Shown here: in pieces, positions 10,252-20,777 of the stretch | How positions within the stretch are numbered: the stretch's first letter is position 1 | Layout: each line of letters starts with the position of its first letter | Origin: a virus | Lineage: Duplodnaviria; Heunggongvirae; Uroviricota; Caudoviricetes | Virus record (IMG/VR): IMGVR_UViG_3300044296_000239 | Length of the DNA: 64,000 bases | Reading direction: 5' to 3' (one strand) | The notes under the pieces: generated by a model | Databases searched by the model: none | What the model was told of the DNA's origin: nothing | The model's input: only the letters and a program-made list of their open reading frames with translations | Translations under genes and position numbers: made by a program

Positions 10252-10974
10252 TTACTCACGATTTGGATTAATTTGTTTAAAAAACTCATCTGCAATTCGC
10301 GTAATATATGCAGGACGAATAACGCGAATTTCAGCTTTTAAGTCGTTTAAATCTTTCTCATATTCTAGATAAGTAACTGGAATAGCAACAATGGCTGATT
10401 TATCAACAATTGCACCATCTCCATCTACATAATATTTAGTCGCATTATAATATTCTGTTTGACCAGTAATAGTCTTAACATCATTGCTAATATCACCACG
10501 AATAATTTCATTCTCTCTAAATTGACCAACAATATTAGTTACTCTAAACGTATTTGTATTAGCATCTTTACTTTCTAAAGTACCATAAGCACCAGAAATT
10601 AATCCTCTGACTATTTCGCCTTTTACAAATCCTTGAGATATATCTTGATTAGTAGTTAATACATATCCATCATATTTTTGGACTATCATATCTTCAAATT
10701 CTTGTCTAGATAGCGGCCAATCAGTATAATAGTTAACCAAATTCTCATTTACCATAAAAAATGTCCAAAAATAATCTGGAGAACCATAAAGTTTTAATGA
10801 TAATTGATCAGGACGCTGTCCATCTTTAATTGTGTACTTATGATATAATAAAATATCTTCTTTTATGCTTGATTTTATTCTAACAGTTCTAAAAATATCA
10901 GTTAGCTTCATCGTATGACCATCGTCATACATATCATAGTCTAAAATAGGAAAATTTTGAAAGTATACCGACAT
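10252..10974 (-). CDS. baseplate protein
   Basis: 240-aa ORF in the contiguous structural string. Confidence 0.55.
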   Translation of the reverse strand: MSVYFQNFPILDYDMYDDGHTMKLTDIFRTVRIKSSIKEDILLYHKYTIKDGQRPDQLSLKLYGSPDYFWTFFMVNENLVNYYTDWPLSRQEFEDMIVQKYDGYVLTTNQDISQGFVKGEIVRGLISGAYGTLESKDANTNTFRVTNIVGQFRENEIIRGDISNDVKTITGQTEYYNATKYYVDGDGAIVDKSAIVAIPVTYLEYEKDLNDLKAEIRVIRPAYITRIADEFFKQINPNRE

Positions 10975-10975
10975 A

Positions 10976-11884
10976 TTAATATCCTTCCATGATATGTTTA
11001 CGGTTAAGAGCTTTAGACTCTTGGAATTGAAGTGTTAAATCAACTTCTGATGGCATACCATCGGCATGGAATGTAGGGCTACTAGCATTATAAGTAACAG
11101 TAACTGAAGTCAAATATGAGTGCATAATTTGAGTCATGTTTTTATTCTTTTTACCATTTGTCAAATATGTGATTTCGAAAATATCAGGAAACTTAAACGT
11201 TGACATTTCAATAGATTGCTGACCTTTTACTTCTTTTTCGCTATTACCAGCTCCAAGTTCTGGATATGCTGCAATACGGAAAAATTGAACAATCTTAATT
11301 ATATCTCTCGCTTCTGCTCTAGAACGAGGAATCATTTTAAAATTAAATGAAAACTGTCTTAAAGATGGTGCACGAAACAACATTTGTGTATGTGGATTAA
11401 CAACTTCACCACTATTAATTAACATCTGTGACGCAGCACCACCAATCATACCCTTTTCTTGAGAAAAATCTGCTAATTTTGCTGCCGCTACACGATGTGC
11501 AATTGGTTTAGCATTTTCTTTGATTTTGTCAATAAATTCGCCAGTATTTGCTGAAGAACCTGCCGCATTTACCATCATGCCACCCATTCCAGTATCAGCA
11601 TTGTCATATGACAAATTATCATTTACTGAAACGCCAGCAGGCATGTATAATGTAACGCTACCTAACGGTGTTTCTGCAAGTTGAGGAACACGAAAATCTA
11701 AAACTCCACCCTTTTTTACACGGGCAAGAGCTGTAAATTTAATCACATTCTCGTATTTTGTTGTATCACCGGATGGGTAACGATAACTCACTTGTGAACC
11801 ATATGGATTTGTGAAAATATCAGCACCAAGGATGGTTGTGAGCGTATTTTTAATATCGCTAAATAGATTGTCGAATAGAGCCAT
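10976..11884 (-). CDS. baseplate/tail protein
   Basis: 302-aa ORF; TATAAATA motif (minus) at 11919-11926 about 35 nt upstream. Confidence 0.55.
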   Translation of the reverse strand: MALFDNLFSDIKNTLTTILGADIFTNPYGSQVSYRYPSGDTTKYENVIKFTALARVKKGGVLDFRVPQLAETPLGSVTLYMPAGVSVNDNLSYDNADTGMGGMMVNAAGSSANTGEFIDKIKENAKPIAHRVAAAKLADFSQEKGMIGGAASQMLINSGEVVNPHTQMLFRAPSLRQFSFNFKMIPRSRAEARDIIKIVQFFRIAAYPELGAGNSEKEVKGQQSIEMSTFKFPDIFEITYLTNGKKNKNMTQIMHSYLTSVTVTYNASSPTFHADGMPSEVDLTLQFQESKALNRKHIMEGY

Positions 11885-11918
11885 AGATAACCTTATTAGG
11901 TTGAAGGAATTTATTTAC

Positions 11919-11926
11919 TATTTATA
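11919..11926 (-). promoter_or_regulatory. T4-type late promoter TATAAATA
   Basis: rc of tatttata; about 35 nt upstream of the 10976..11884 start, in a divergent intergenic region. Confidence 0.45.
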
Positions 11927-12369
11927 TGTCAACATACAAAGGTTTTTATCGGGTGAAGAACCCAGCGAAATATGAAGGCGATTTTAAGAATGTCGTCTAT
12001 AGATCACATTGGGAGATGCAAGTCTTTAGATGGTGTGATTCTAATGATCAGGTGTTAAAATGGAGCTCTGAAGAGACAGTGGTGCCTTATTGGCTTCCTC
12101 TGGATAAAAAATATCATCGATATTTCGTGGATTTAAAGTTTACAACAGTAGAAGGCACATTTTTAATCGAAATCAAGCCAAAATCACAAACCTTACCTCC
12201 AAAAAAGCCATCTCGTCAGACAAAAAAGTATTTAGAAGAGTCTAGGACATATGTTAAGAACGTATGTAAGTGGAAAGCAGCTGAAAATTATGCTAAAGAT
12301 CGTAATTGGAAGTTTTTAATATGGACAGAAGATACAATTAAATCGATGGGCATCAGATTACTTACATAA
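11926..12369 (+). CDS. 4: head completion protein gp4-like
   Basis: 147 aa; KNPAKYEGD...VVYRSHWEMQVF...VLKWSSEE..PY...KKYHRYFVDLKF pattern resembles gp4-family head completion proteins. Confidence 0.55.
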   Translation: MSTYKGFYRVKNPAKYEGDFKNVVYRSHWEMQVFRWCDSNDQVLKWSSEETVVPYWLPLDKKYHRYFVDLKFTTVEGTFLIEIKPKSQTLPPKKPSRQTKKYLEESRTYVKNVCKWKAAENYAKDRNWKFLIWTEDTIKSMGIRLLT

Positions 12370-12377
12370 ATAGAGAT

Positions 12378-12980
12378 ATGGCACAACAAAAAAGCTTATT
12401 TGATAAACTTAGAACTGGTCTCAACGCTCCTGAAAGAACGAAAGAGTCCCAACAGTGGTTTATGAATAAATTGAAGGGTTTAAAGGGAAACATCAATGCG
12501 ATGCAGTTCCTAAAAGATCCTCATTTTATTAAAGCTACTAAATTTAGACCGGGTTTTATGTACCACTTTTTGTATGATGCAAAAGGTGCGCAAACTCTTG
12601 AGTATTGGGATAGATTTCCGCTAATGATTGCAATAGGTCCAGCTGAAGGTGGATTCTATGGATTGAATTTACACTATTTAAGTCCAATTTATCGTGCAAA
12701 GTTAATGGATAAATTAATGGAAACTACAAATAATGATAAATGGGATGAAACTACTAAGATGAAAGTTAATTATAGTCTATTAACTTCAGTTTCTAAGCTT
12801 CGTTATTTTGCACCGTGCTTTAAACACTACTTATTTTCACAAGTCGAATCTAGAATGATGTTAGTTCCATCATCTGAATGGGAAATTTCAATGTATTTAC
12901 CAACAGAAAAATTTGTTGGAGCTAATAAACGAGATGTTTGGAGAGATTCGAAAGCTGCAATCACAGGATATAGAGCATAA
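12378..12980 (+). CDS. hypothetical structural-module protein
   Basis: 200-aa ORF, plus strand, tightly spaced with its neighbours. Confidence 0.6.
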   Translation: MAQQKSLFDKLRTGLNAPERTKESQQWFMNKLKGLKGNINAMQFLKDPHFIKATKFRPGFMYHFLYDAKGAQTLEYWDRFPLMIAIGPAEGGFYGLNLHYLSPIYRAKLMDKLMETTNNDKWDETTKMKVNYSLLTSVSKLRYFAPCFKHYLFSQVESRMMLVPSSEWEISMYLPTEKFVGANKRDVWRDSKAAITGYRA

Positions 12981-13630
12981 TGGAAATCGATAAATTCAAG
13001 TCGACTATTAGTAAACGCGGTGGTTTAGCTCCGCAAAATCGTTTTGCTGTTTATATGGCAATCCCACTTATTAGCTTTGATCCGCAAGATCTTATTGCTA
13101 AATTGTTTAATCAAGGTGCAGATACTGGAGGAATGGGATTTGGTCTAAACGATCCGCGAGATGTATCAATATTGTGTGATTCTATTACCATGCCAGGTCG
13201 ACAAGTTGCAACAAATGAATTAGCAACTAATATGTTATCAGTAAAGATGCCATACACTTATATTAATGATGATGTGACTATATCATTTCATATTACAAAT
13301 GACCATTTTATGAAAAAATACTTTGAAAAATGGTTTAACAGTATCATTAATCGTCAGAATATGACGATTAAATATAAATCACAGTATGCAACTGATATTA
13401 TCATTCAACAATTAGATCAACGTGACATTCCTGTTTATACGTGCACGTTGAGAAACGCATTCCCAACCACAATAGCTAGCTATGAAGTGAGTAATATGGG
13501 TGAAAATCAAACCCAAAAGATGCAAATCACATTTGCATATGAGGATTGGTATCAAGAGGGTTTTGTCGAGTCTATCCTTTCCAAAGGCAAAGTGTTACTT
13601 GGATCGGTTGGCCAAACCCTTGGTCTTTAA
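12980..13630 (+). CDS. hypothetical structural-module protein
   Basis: 216-aa ORF; ATGA start/stop overlap with the upstream gene. Confidence 0.6.
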   Translation: MEIDKFKSTISKRGGLAPQNRFAVYMAIPLISFDPQDLIAKLFNQGADTGGMGFGLNDPRDVSILCDSITMPGRQVATNELATNMLSVKMPYTYINDDVTISFHITNDHFMKKYFEKWFNSIINRQNMTIKYKSQYATDIIIQQLDQRDIPVYTCTLRNAFPTTIASYEVSNMGENQTQKMQITFAYEDWYQEGFVESILSKGKVLLGSVGQTLGL

Positions 13631-13646
13631 TTATTAGGAGTTTATT

Positions 13647-14366
13647 ATGTCTGGATTACCTATCGTCCTTAATACGGCGAAGTATGAAGTAGAGTTACCA
13701 ATTAGCAAGAAGAGGATCGAGTATAGACCGTATCTTGTTAAAGAAGAAAAACAGTTGATGTTGGCTATGGAGTCGCAAGACCCTGCAACAATCATGAAAA
13801 CAGTACAAGATATCATTGAAGCTTGTACATTTAATAAAGTTAAAGCGAAGACGCTTCCGACTGCAGAATTAGAACTACTTTTCTTAAAGCTTCGTTCTAA
13901 ATCAGTTGGTGAAACGTCTAAAGTTGGTTATAAGTGCTCTAGTTGTGGCACAGTAAACCAACTAAGTGTTAATCTAGAGGAAGTTACCATTGACATGGGA
14001 GATGAATCTAGAACTAACAAAGTAATGATCACTGATAGTGTTGGTGTTATGTTGAAATACCCAACAACTGATGAAGTCATGAAGATCATGGCTAGTGGAG
14101 ATAAGACTGATATCAAGACTATCTTTGCGTTAGTAACATCATGCATTGAATCTATCTTTGATAAAGAAAACATTTATGAAACAAAGAATTTAGAGAAGAA
14201 AGAAATCGATGCATTTGTCGAGTCTTTAAACTCTAAGCAGTTTGAAAGCATCAAGGACTTCTTTGAAGGAATCCCTAAGCTTAGAAAAGATGTATCATTT
14301 GATTGCGAAAAATGTGGAACCCATAATCCATTAGTGTTAGAAGGTTTACAGAATTTTTTCGGATAG
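13647..14366 (+). CDS. zinc-binding protein (two CxxC pairs); possibly a baseplate hub assembly factor
   Basis: 239 aa; CSSCG...CEKCG motifs; RBS AGGAG upstream. Confidence 0.6.
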   Translation: MSGLPIVLNTAKYEVELPISKKRIEYRPYLVKEEKQLMLAMESQDPATIMKTVQDIIEACTFNKVKAKTLPTAELELLFLKLRSKSVGETSKVGYKCSSCGTVNQLSVNLEEVTIDMGDESRTNKVMITDSVGVMLKYPTTDEVMKIMASGDKTDIKTIFALVTSCIESIFDKENIYETKNLEKKEIDAFVESLNSKQFESIKDFFEGIPKLRKDVSFDCEKCGTHNPLVLEGLQNFFG

Positions 14367-14559
14367 CTCTCTCACACGATAGTCTTGAGAACCACTTCAA
14401 GACTAACTTTATCATGATGCAGCATCACAAGTATAGTCTTACTGAGCTTAATGAGATGTTGCCGTGGGAGAGAGAAGTCTACATTGCCATGTTAATTGAG
14501 TACATCAAAGAAGAAAACGAAAAAACTAAACAGCTTAATCAAAAGTATAAGGTTTAAGT

Positions 14560-16275
14560 ATGGGAAAAAAGAACAAGGGCGGAAAAGGATCCGGAGCTCA
14601 TAACCCTAAAACAGAGGGAGGGCCAGATTCTGTCCGTGGCAATATAGCTGCTCTCACGACAGAGATACAGAACACAAATAAGCTGTTAGAAGTATCTGTC
14701 GACTATGAACAGACATCATCATATGGTATCAAACTATTGACTAATGTGATCGGTGACATGGAGTCTAATGTCGCCAAGATCGTAGAGTTGATGACGGCTA
14801 ATCGCTTGAAGGAAAAAGAAGCGGACGCTGAACGTGCTAAGATGATGGAGGACATGTTCAAGCTAATGAAAGACAAGAAAGAGCCTAAGAAAGAAGAGAA
14901 GAAGGGTGACTTCTCCTGGCTTGGACTAGCAGCTTCATTGGTTGCAGGCTTGGTGATGGGCGGTGTAGCCTTTATCAAGAACTATATCAAGGGCTTAGAG
15001 GTATTTTGGACAGCTATGGCCAAAGCTTTTAAGGTCGACGGCATCATTACTGCTATCTTTACAAAGATTAAGAACGGGTTTACTTTCATACAAGAGCTAG
15101 TTACGGGCGGTTTCACTAAGGCTTGGGCTTGGTTGAAAGGCTTATTTGCCGAGATGAAGTGGTTAAAGTCCATTGAGGAGTTCTTTGTCGGCGTAGGGAA
15201 ATACTTGACTAAGATCTTTAACCTAGGCGAGATAGGCAAGGACTTTGAACAGTTATGGGCTTCCATCAAAGGTATATGGGAGATGATGGGCAAGCCACTG
15301 AAGTTCTTAGGCAAGATCTTTGGTGAAGGAGGAGGCGGACTATTGAGTTACTTTACTGACCTATTGTCATTCTTTAAGCCTCTCATGGGTTTCTTCAAAG
15401 GCTTAGGCGCGATCCTAGGTAAGTTAGCTCTCCCGTTACAAGTCATCATGTCTGTGTTTGATACTGTGTCTGGTGCACTAGATGGTTGGAACAAGACCGA
15501 AGGGACGTTCTTTGACAAGTTGACTGCAGCTATCAAAGGTGGTCTGACTGGGTTGGTCAACGGCTTGATCGGTGGGTTATTAGACCTATTGAAGGATGGC
15601 TTATCGTTCATATTAGACTTCTTTGGCATGAAGGATGCAGCAGCATGGTTAGACAGCTTCTCGTTCTCTGACATCTTCGCGAAGGGTATAGGTTCTCTCG
15701 TAGACGGCTTGATCGGTATGTTTAAGGACTTGATCTCCGGCCCAGTCAAGATGTTTGAGGCAGCGAAAGGCCTATGGGAAGGCAAGATCGATTGGACTAC
15801 CTTCTTAAAGCAGGCACTCGCCGGTTTAATCACTGCATTATTAGCTCCGGTTAACATGGTGTCCAAGTGGGCAGGGTTTGATTTAACTAAGAAGGCATTA
15901 GACTTATTAGGCTTGAATGATACTAATGCTAAGCCAGCGGCGGCCGCACCAGCAGCTGCAGCTGCGCCGACTCCTGCAGCAGAGACTCCCGCACCACCGA
16001 CTCCTGCATTAGTTGCTAAGGAAGCGCAAGCTCCAGCTCAGGCACAGGAGACGCTCCAGCAAGCTCAGGACCGTTTAGATAAGGCAGTCGCAGAGGGCCA
16101 GATGTCTAAGGCCGACGCGAATGTAGAGAAGATGAAGTTAGGTCTCCGTCCTAGCTTTGGTCGTGCTAACCAGAACTTTGGTAAGGATATGTCAGCTCCT
16201 GCTGTGCCTATCTCCTCACGTACTACGAACTATGACCCAGAGGACGCGATGGCAAGAGGCGCGGTGATGCCGTAA
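14560..16275 (+). CDS. tape-measure / tail-length determinator-like protein (gp29-like by size and composition; uncertain)
   Basis: 571 aa; Lys/Gly-rich N-terminus, many amphipathic Gly/Leu-rich helices, Ala/Pro-rich segment AKPAAAAPAAAAAPTPAAETPAPP; followed by a strong terminator. Confidence 0.45.
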   Translation: MGKKNKGGKGSGAHNPKTEGGPDSVRGNIAALTTEIQNTNKLLEVSVDYEQTSSYGIKLLTNVIGDMESNVAKIVELMTANRLKEKEADAERAKMMEDMFKLMKDKKEPKKEEKKGDFSWLGLAASLVAGLVMGGVAFIKNYIKGLEVFWTAMAKAFKVDGIITAIFTKIKNGFTFIQELVTGGFTKAWAWLKGLFAEMKWLKSIEEFFVGVGKYLTKIFNLGEIGKDFEQLWASIKGIWEMMGKPLKFLGKIFGEGGGGLLSYFTDLLSFFKPLMGFFKGLGAILGKLALPLQVIMSVFDTVSGALDGWNKTEGTFFDKLTAAIKGGLTGLVNGLIGGLLDLLKDGLSFILDFFGMKDAAAWLDSFSFSDIFAKGIGSLVDGLIGMFKDLISGPVKMFEAAKGLWEGKIDWTTFLKQALAGLITALLAPVNMVSKWAGFDLTKKALDLLGLNDTNAKPAAAAPAAAAAPTPAAETPAPPTPALVAKEAQAPAQAQETLQQAQDRLDKAVAEGQMSKADANVEKMKLGLRPSFGRANQNFGKDMSAPAVPISSRTTNYDPEDAMARGAVMP

Positions 16276-16378
16276 TGACATGGCAAGAGAAGAGACACTT
16301 AAGGATAACTATAGCTTGTAGTGTAGCGATCATCCTCGCGCTGACCCTACTATAACAGGCAGAGGGCCAAAAAATTCA

Positions 16379-16401
16379 GGGAGCTTGCGCTCCCTTTTTT
16401 T
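16379..16401 (+). terminator. rho-independent terminator, probably bidirectional
   Basis: GGGAGC-ttgc-GCTCCC followed by T7; near-identical to the element at 38579-38601. Confidence 0.7.
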
Positions 16402-16968
16402 ATTTCCCCAGGTAAAACATCCCTACCTTGACCATGGCTTCTGCGTGCTCCTTATTAACAGGCACTGGCACCGCGGCCCCATCTCTTATAGGATCCCCGT
16501 TAAATAGTGTATCCCCTAACAGGCGTGGGAAGCGGGCACCCCAATCTGCGATCCACTGCATGTCCTGTTCCTCTGCCCAAGGAGAATGCTCACTCATAGG
16601 AGGAGAACCAATATAATACTGCACACCATCCCACTCATCGACTACTCTGACTATACCAACTGTAGACCTACCTGAGAACCAAATAACTTGCATACACTGC
16701 CTTTATCAAAAGATATATCTGTATTATACCATAGAAATAGTCTGTTGTACATTGTAAAGTTATCTAAGACTATTGTAAAGCAAACAATGTACTATTGTAA
16801 AGTTAAACCCTGGGGATCGCTGTGGGCCCAGGGGGGATTTTTCCCTGGGAAGCGACTGAGAATCTTTGTGAGACAGACGTTGGCTTTAACTGAAAGGGTA
16901 ACCAATAGATGGTCTCCTATAAGTATGGAACCTTATTAAAGGGTTCCTTATAGGGTACTGCTACCCCC

Positions 16969-17187
16969 TTACAGAGACATCACGTGTTTGATTACTTCAT
17001 CAGCTTCTTTGAAACCTGAGGCCTCGACTGCTGCCTCAATCATCTCATCATATTGCTCTTGCATATCAGCCATCATGCGATCTATGATCTGTCTCTTACG
17101 GCTACCGAGACTATACGGTTGTGTCCATCGGGCACCGTTCTGATAGTAGTGTGGTCTCTTCTCATTCGGGTTCATACTCACCTCCAT
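16969..17187 (-). CDS. small hypothetical protein (GC-rich island)
   Basis: 72-aa ORF; GGAGG RBS; overlaps the stop of the upstream small ORF. Confidence 0.45.
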   Translation of the reverse strand: MEVSMNPNEKRPHYYQNGARWTQPYSLGSRKRQIIDRMMADMQEQYDEMIEAAVEASGFKEADEVIKHVMSL

Positions 17188-17189
17188 CC

Positions 17190-17334
17190 ACCAATTCGGT
17201 CAATTCATTATCATCTATCATGTCCGATACGTCATCCTCTGACATATGTTGTAGGCACAGTAGGCATATCTGCTCATAGGACAGTACTCCCTCATCCAGC
17301 AGCTCGATCAATCGGTTAGTCTTTGCCCTACTCA
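17190..17334 (-). CDS. small acidic hypothetical protein (47-57 aa)
   Basis: MSRAKTNRLIELLDEG...; ATGA overlap with the upstream ORF; below the ORF-track size cutoff. Confidence 0.4.
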
Positions 17335-17335
17335 T

Positions 17336-17476
17336 CTGTTCACCCCATCCTTAACACACCGGATAGCTAAGCCCGGGGAGAGTAAGCCTACTATGCAGAT
17401 GATTACTCCCAGCAGACACATATACATCCGTGCCTCGATCATGTCTGTCACTGCGTTGAATAAGTTCTTAAACATA
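17336..17476 (-). CDS. small membrane protein (about 47 aa)
   Basis: MFKNLFNAVTDMIEARMYMCLLGVIICIVGLL...; RBS GGAGAGG; ATGA-coupled to the downstream ORF. Confidence 0.4.
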
Positions 17477-17489
17477 AATCCTCTCCAGA

Positions 17490-18416
17490 TTAGTTAGTCA
17501 AAACATAAGTTGCCAAGTCTTTGTAGTCCTTGGGGTTAGCTGCACGGATCTTAGCTACAGAGATGAGCGTACGGAGACTGATCTCCTTAGCTTCGTCCTT
17601 AACTTCGCGAATAAGAGCCAAAGCGTCTTGCTTGATCTGAGAGTCATATTCAGGCATGAACTCTTCAGAGGCAGCGATGTGCTCCATACGATCGATCTTT
17701 TGATCGTCTGTCATGGACAAATCGATCATCATAGAACGTGAACGGATGGCTTGGTCGATCTTGTCTTGATCCAAGTTACTGATGAACACGATACGACCTT
17801 TGAACTCGAAGCTGCGTGGCAACTCATCGTCCTTGCCGAAGGACTCAGCGTTCCAAGAGATGATACGCTTAGAGTAGCTGTCCAAAGCGCCTTTCAACAA
17901 GTTAAGTGCTGTAGGGTCTTTGAGGATCGAGTCACAATCATCGAACACGATCGTCGCATTTTGGTTCTCGAACAAGGTACGATAGAGACCTTTAGGAGTG
18001 GAGTAACCTTTAACTGTGACAAATACTTTGTTCATGTGGATCGTAGCGCCAACAGGCAACTTTTGAACGACCTCGCTGAAGTCCTCGAGACCATTGGCCT
18101 TCAAGGTCTTCATTACGGTATAAGTCTTACCTAGACCGCCTTGACCGGTGATCACAGTGGAAGGCTGAACGCCCGTAGCGACCATGCCAACGATCTTCTC
18201 CACGAAACCAAAGCGTTGGTTGATGCCAAACTTCTCAGCGGATGCAGGCTTCTGCATCTCTTCGATCTGCTTGAAAGTGGCCTTCTCGCCAGTGATCTGC
18301 TTGTACATGTACTCGATGTACTGCTGTTTGGTAGTAGTGAACTTCTGACCATTGATCGAGCACTTGAACTTGCCTTGAGCCTTATCGAAGCTGATGATCA
18401 CTGAGACGTCTTTCAT
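17490..18416 (-). CDS. AAA+/P-loop ATPase
   Basis: Walker A GQGGLGKT, Walker B IVFDDCD; start trimmed to MKDVSVIIS, which has an AAGGAA RBS. Confidence 0.7.
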   Translation of the reverse strand: MKDVSVIISFDKAQGKFKCSINGQKFTTTKQQYIEYMYKQITGEKATFKQIEEMQKPASAEKFGINQRFGFVEKIVGMVATGVQPSTVITGQGGLGKTYTVMKTLKANGLEDFSEVVQKLPVGATIHMNKVFVTVKGYSTPKGLYRTLFENQNATIVFDDCDSILKDPTALNLLKGALDSYSKRIISWNAESFGKDDELPRSFEFKGRIVFISNLDQDKIDQAIRSRSMMIDLSMTDDQKIDRMEHIAASEEFMPEYDSQIKQDALALIREVKDEAKEISLRTLISVAKIRAANPKDYKDLATYVLTN

Positions 18417-18457
18417 ATATTTCCTTAAGTGTGTGTGTTTTTTCAATCTATGGGTAG

Positions 18458-18485
18458 ATAATACCACAGTGGGTGGGTTTGTACA
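18458..18485 (-). promoter_or_regulatory. sigma70-like early promoter (T4 early type)
   Basis: minus strand: -35 TGTACA, 17-bp spacer, extended -10 TGTGGTATTAT; upstream of the ATPase gene. Confidence 0.5.
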
Positions 18486-18633
18486 TAGGCCCTTGCGAAA
18501 TAAAAAAAAGCTAATGGCATCATAGGCTTACAGAGCTCCCATACTCTACCGTTTTAGTAGACTATTACTCCCGGGTACCATTTTCGCGTGCCTCAGTTGC
18601 TACCTACGAAGTTCCTATGATAATCATTATCAT

Positions 18634-18927
18634 TTACCATGATGCCTTGGGGCCTTCCTCTGCCTGTGGTGTGGATGGGTCGGTGGCCTTTTGTTTCTGT
18701 TCTTTGACTGGCGTCTCAATGGATACCTTTGTTTCTGTGTCTGTATGCTTGACCGAGAATAGGATTCCTGATATATCAAACAATGATGAGATGAACCATA
18801 TCGCTATGGCCAGATCGATCGCGTGTCTTGCGAACCAGTGGATTACGTTGTTCATGATACCTTTCCAAGTGCTACTAACACAGACGTCACTACACATAGT
18901 AAGACCAGTGTGGTGATAGCTACCCAA
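18634..18927 (-). CDS. hypothetical membrane protein (start uncertain)
   Basis: 97-aa ORF; hydrophobic segment; C-terminal tail DPSTPQAEEGPKASW. Confidence 0.35.
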   Translation of the reverse strand: MGSYHHTGLTMCSDVCVSSTWKGIMNNVIHWFARHAIDLAIAIWFISSLFDISGILFSVKHTDTETKVSIETPVKEQKQKATDPSTPQAEEGPKASW

Positions 18928-19602
18928 TCTATCTTAGGATTTGATGTATCACGATATCGATAGTAACAATCAAAGTCTGGATCATACTTAAACTTTCCAT
19001 GCGGTGTGTCTATATACTCATTATATGGATCTTTATTCATGTGTCCCCCTACGTGTAAGGTACTTATAGAAGAAGTTACTGATCGGTCCATATACGTGGG
19101 CAAAACCAATCCAAATACGAAGGTACGGCAAGATGAAGCCGATGCCTGTCCTCGAGGGTGATAACTCCACGTCAACGGAAAGGGATACATGACTCAGAGT
19201 CCATACATGAAAGATGAGCCAATGAAAGCTTGCATCCCATGAATTCCATTCATCTCGAGCTCGATACGTGAAGCGTGGCACGAGCGGACACAAGTCGTTA
19301 CACCACAGCTGATGCAATGGATAGTGTTCCCACCAATTGAGTTCACGATAACACTCATTCATCTTGTTCATCCTTATCTTGCGGTAACATGTCACGGAAT
19401 ACGGTGACAGCATTGATTAGTTGGTTGCAACCTTCCCGATCCATCGTGAACTCACTGTATCCCATATTGAAGCTAACTCGATTGGTGTCTGTATAACCAA
19501 GTCGATAGAACGTGTGTGCTGGCTTTTCCTTCTTTTCTGGTGGGCTCACCTCTGCCACAGCCACGTCCTCTACTTTTTTCTTTGCCTTCAAAAAGTCTAA
19601 TA

Positions 19603-20100
19603 TCATAGTAAGCCTTCCTCTGTCTGTGGTGGTGCCGATGGGGTGGCATCACTATAACGATACACATACTCGGTCTTTGGTGTGTAGGGAAAATCTACGT
19701 AGACACGAGACTCTCGACACGTGTAGTGCGACTTATATGGATCTTCCTTCGTGCCGCTCCATTCCCAAAATACCTTACCATTGATGTCATATGCTCGATC
19801 GCTGCCATAGTCCTTGAACACATGCGATGCTCTCATGTTTTGGTAGTTGTGTCCGGTATCACGCCACTCCCAATCCTCACCAGTCAATGGCGTGATGGGC
19901 TCGAAGGATGCGATCTTCTTAAACAATGATATCGCATACGGCGCGGTGCTACCGCTGTGTCCTTCCTCTGCAAACACCTCGATCATCTTCATCACGTGCT
20001 TACAGATCATCTCTTGCATCTCATCATTAAACTTGCCATGCTCATCGACCCAACCCGCGGCACGAAACTCTGTCAATGCATGTCTCTCAAAATTATTCAT
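19603..20100 (-). CDS. hypothetical protein
   Basis: 165-aa ORF; C-terminal Pro-rich acidic tail encoded by a repeat shared with the ORF ending at 18634. Confidence 0.55.
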   Translation of the reverse strand: MNNFERHALTEFRAAGWVDEHGKFNDEMQEMICKHVMKMIEVFAEEGHSGSTAPYAISLFKKIASFEPITPLTGEDWEWRDTGHNYQNMRASHVFKDYGSDRAYDINGKVFWEWSGTKEDPYKSHYTCRESRVYVDFPYTPKTEYVYRYSDATPSAPPQTEEGLL

Positions 20101-20181
20101 CGTCTCTATCCTTATACTGGTTTACTAAATCGATGAACCAATAGATGAACACCGCGACTACGATAGCACAAACGATATAGA

Positions 20182-20394
20182 CTACCACGTCTCTTCTCCC
20201 CATAGTTCATATGAGAATGTACCAGGCAAACAGTTAAATTTAACCGGCACGTGCAACGTACCTATTGATCCAATTCCTGAAGACGCATCTACTTCAATCT
20301 CTACCAATTCATCCTTATCATAATGCACTGAGTCTAACACAGCGATGATGCGCGTGATGTCTTCATATGTCAACCTAATTTTTGTGCTACTCAT
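20182..20394 (-). CDS. small hypothetical protein
   Basis: 70-aa ORF in the coupled string. Confidence 0.4.
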   Translation of the reverse strand: MSSTKIRLTYEDITRIIAVLDSVHYDKDELVEIEVDASSGIGSIGTLHVPVKFNCLPGTFSYELWGEETW

Positions 20395-20777
20395 ACGATC
20401 GTCCTTATTGTGTGTACTGCTACCTCTTTGATGGTGAACTTACCATCGCTCTCCTTTGCTTTCTTATAGAAGTTATTCAATACATCACTGCCATAACCGC
20501 TCGTGCCAGTGCGATTCTTGTAACACTTATAGATGGATCCACTAACGTTGTGGAATTCATAGTGATCGTCTTCCTCTACCACCTTACAGATGCCCGAGGA
20601 TAATTTCCATGACTCGCTACCTAAATAGCTGCCATACCAATTACCGAACACCTTACAGATCGGTCCATCTGCAGATGTGTCATCCATCTCGAGGATGATC
20701 CATCGATCAGGGCAATAATCATAACTCATTATCAAACACTCCTTGTTGTTGCAATCGTATATGTGATTCGATCTCAT
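20391..20777 (-). CDS. hypothetical Cys-rich protein
   Basis: 128-aa ORF (the true start may be the internal MSYDY). Confidence 0.45.
   Translation of the reverse strand: MRSNHIYDCNNKECLIMSYDYCPDRWIILEMDDTSADGPICKVFGNWYGSYLGSESWKLSSGICKVVEEDDHYEFHNVSGSIYKCYKNRTGTSGYGSDVLNNFYKKAKESDGKFTIKEVAVHTIRTIV

Noticed and set aside
18617-19413. Mutually overlapping small ORFs on both strands in 18.6-19.4 kb (18617..18916 plus strand, 18852..19190, 19033..19413, 19355..19606)
   Set aside because: In this GC-rich stretch several frames are open at once and none has a recognisable domain. Only 18634..18927 and 19603..20100 were retained, at low confidence.
19473-19667. His/Arg-rich 64-aa ORF
   Set aside because: It is produced by reading the 36-bp repeat and its flanks in the wrong frame. 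It overlaps the better-supported 19603..20100 gene.
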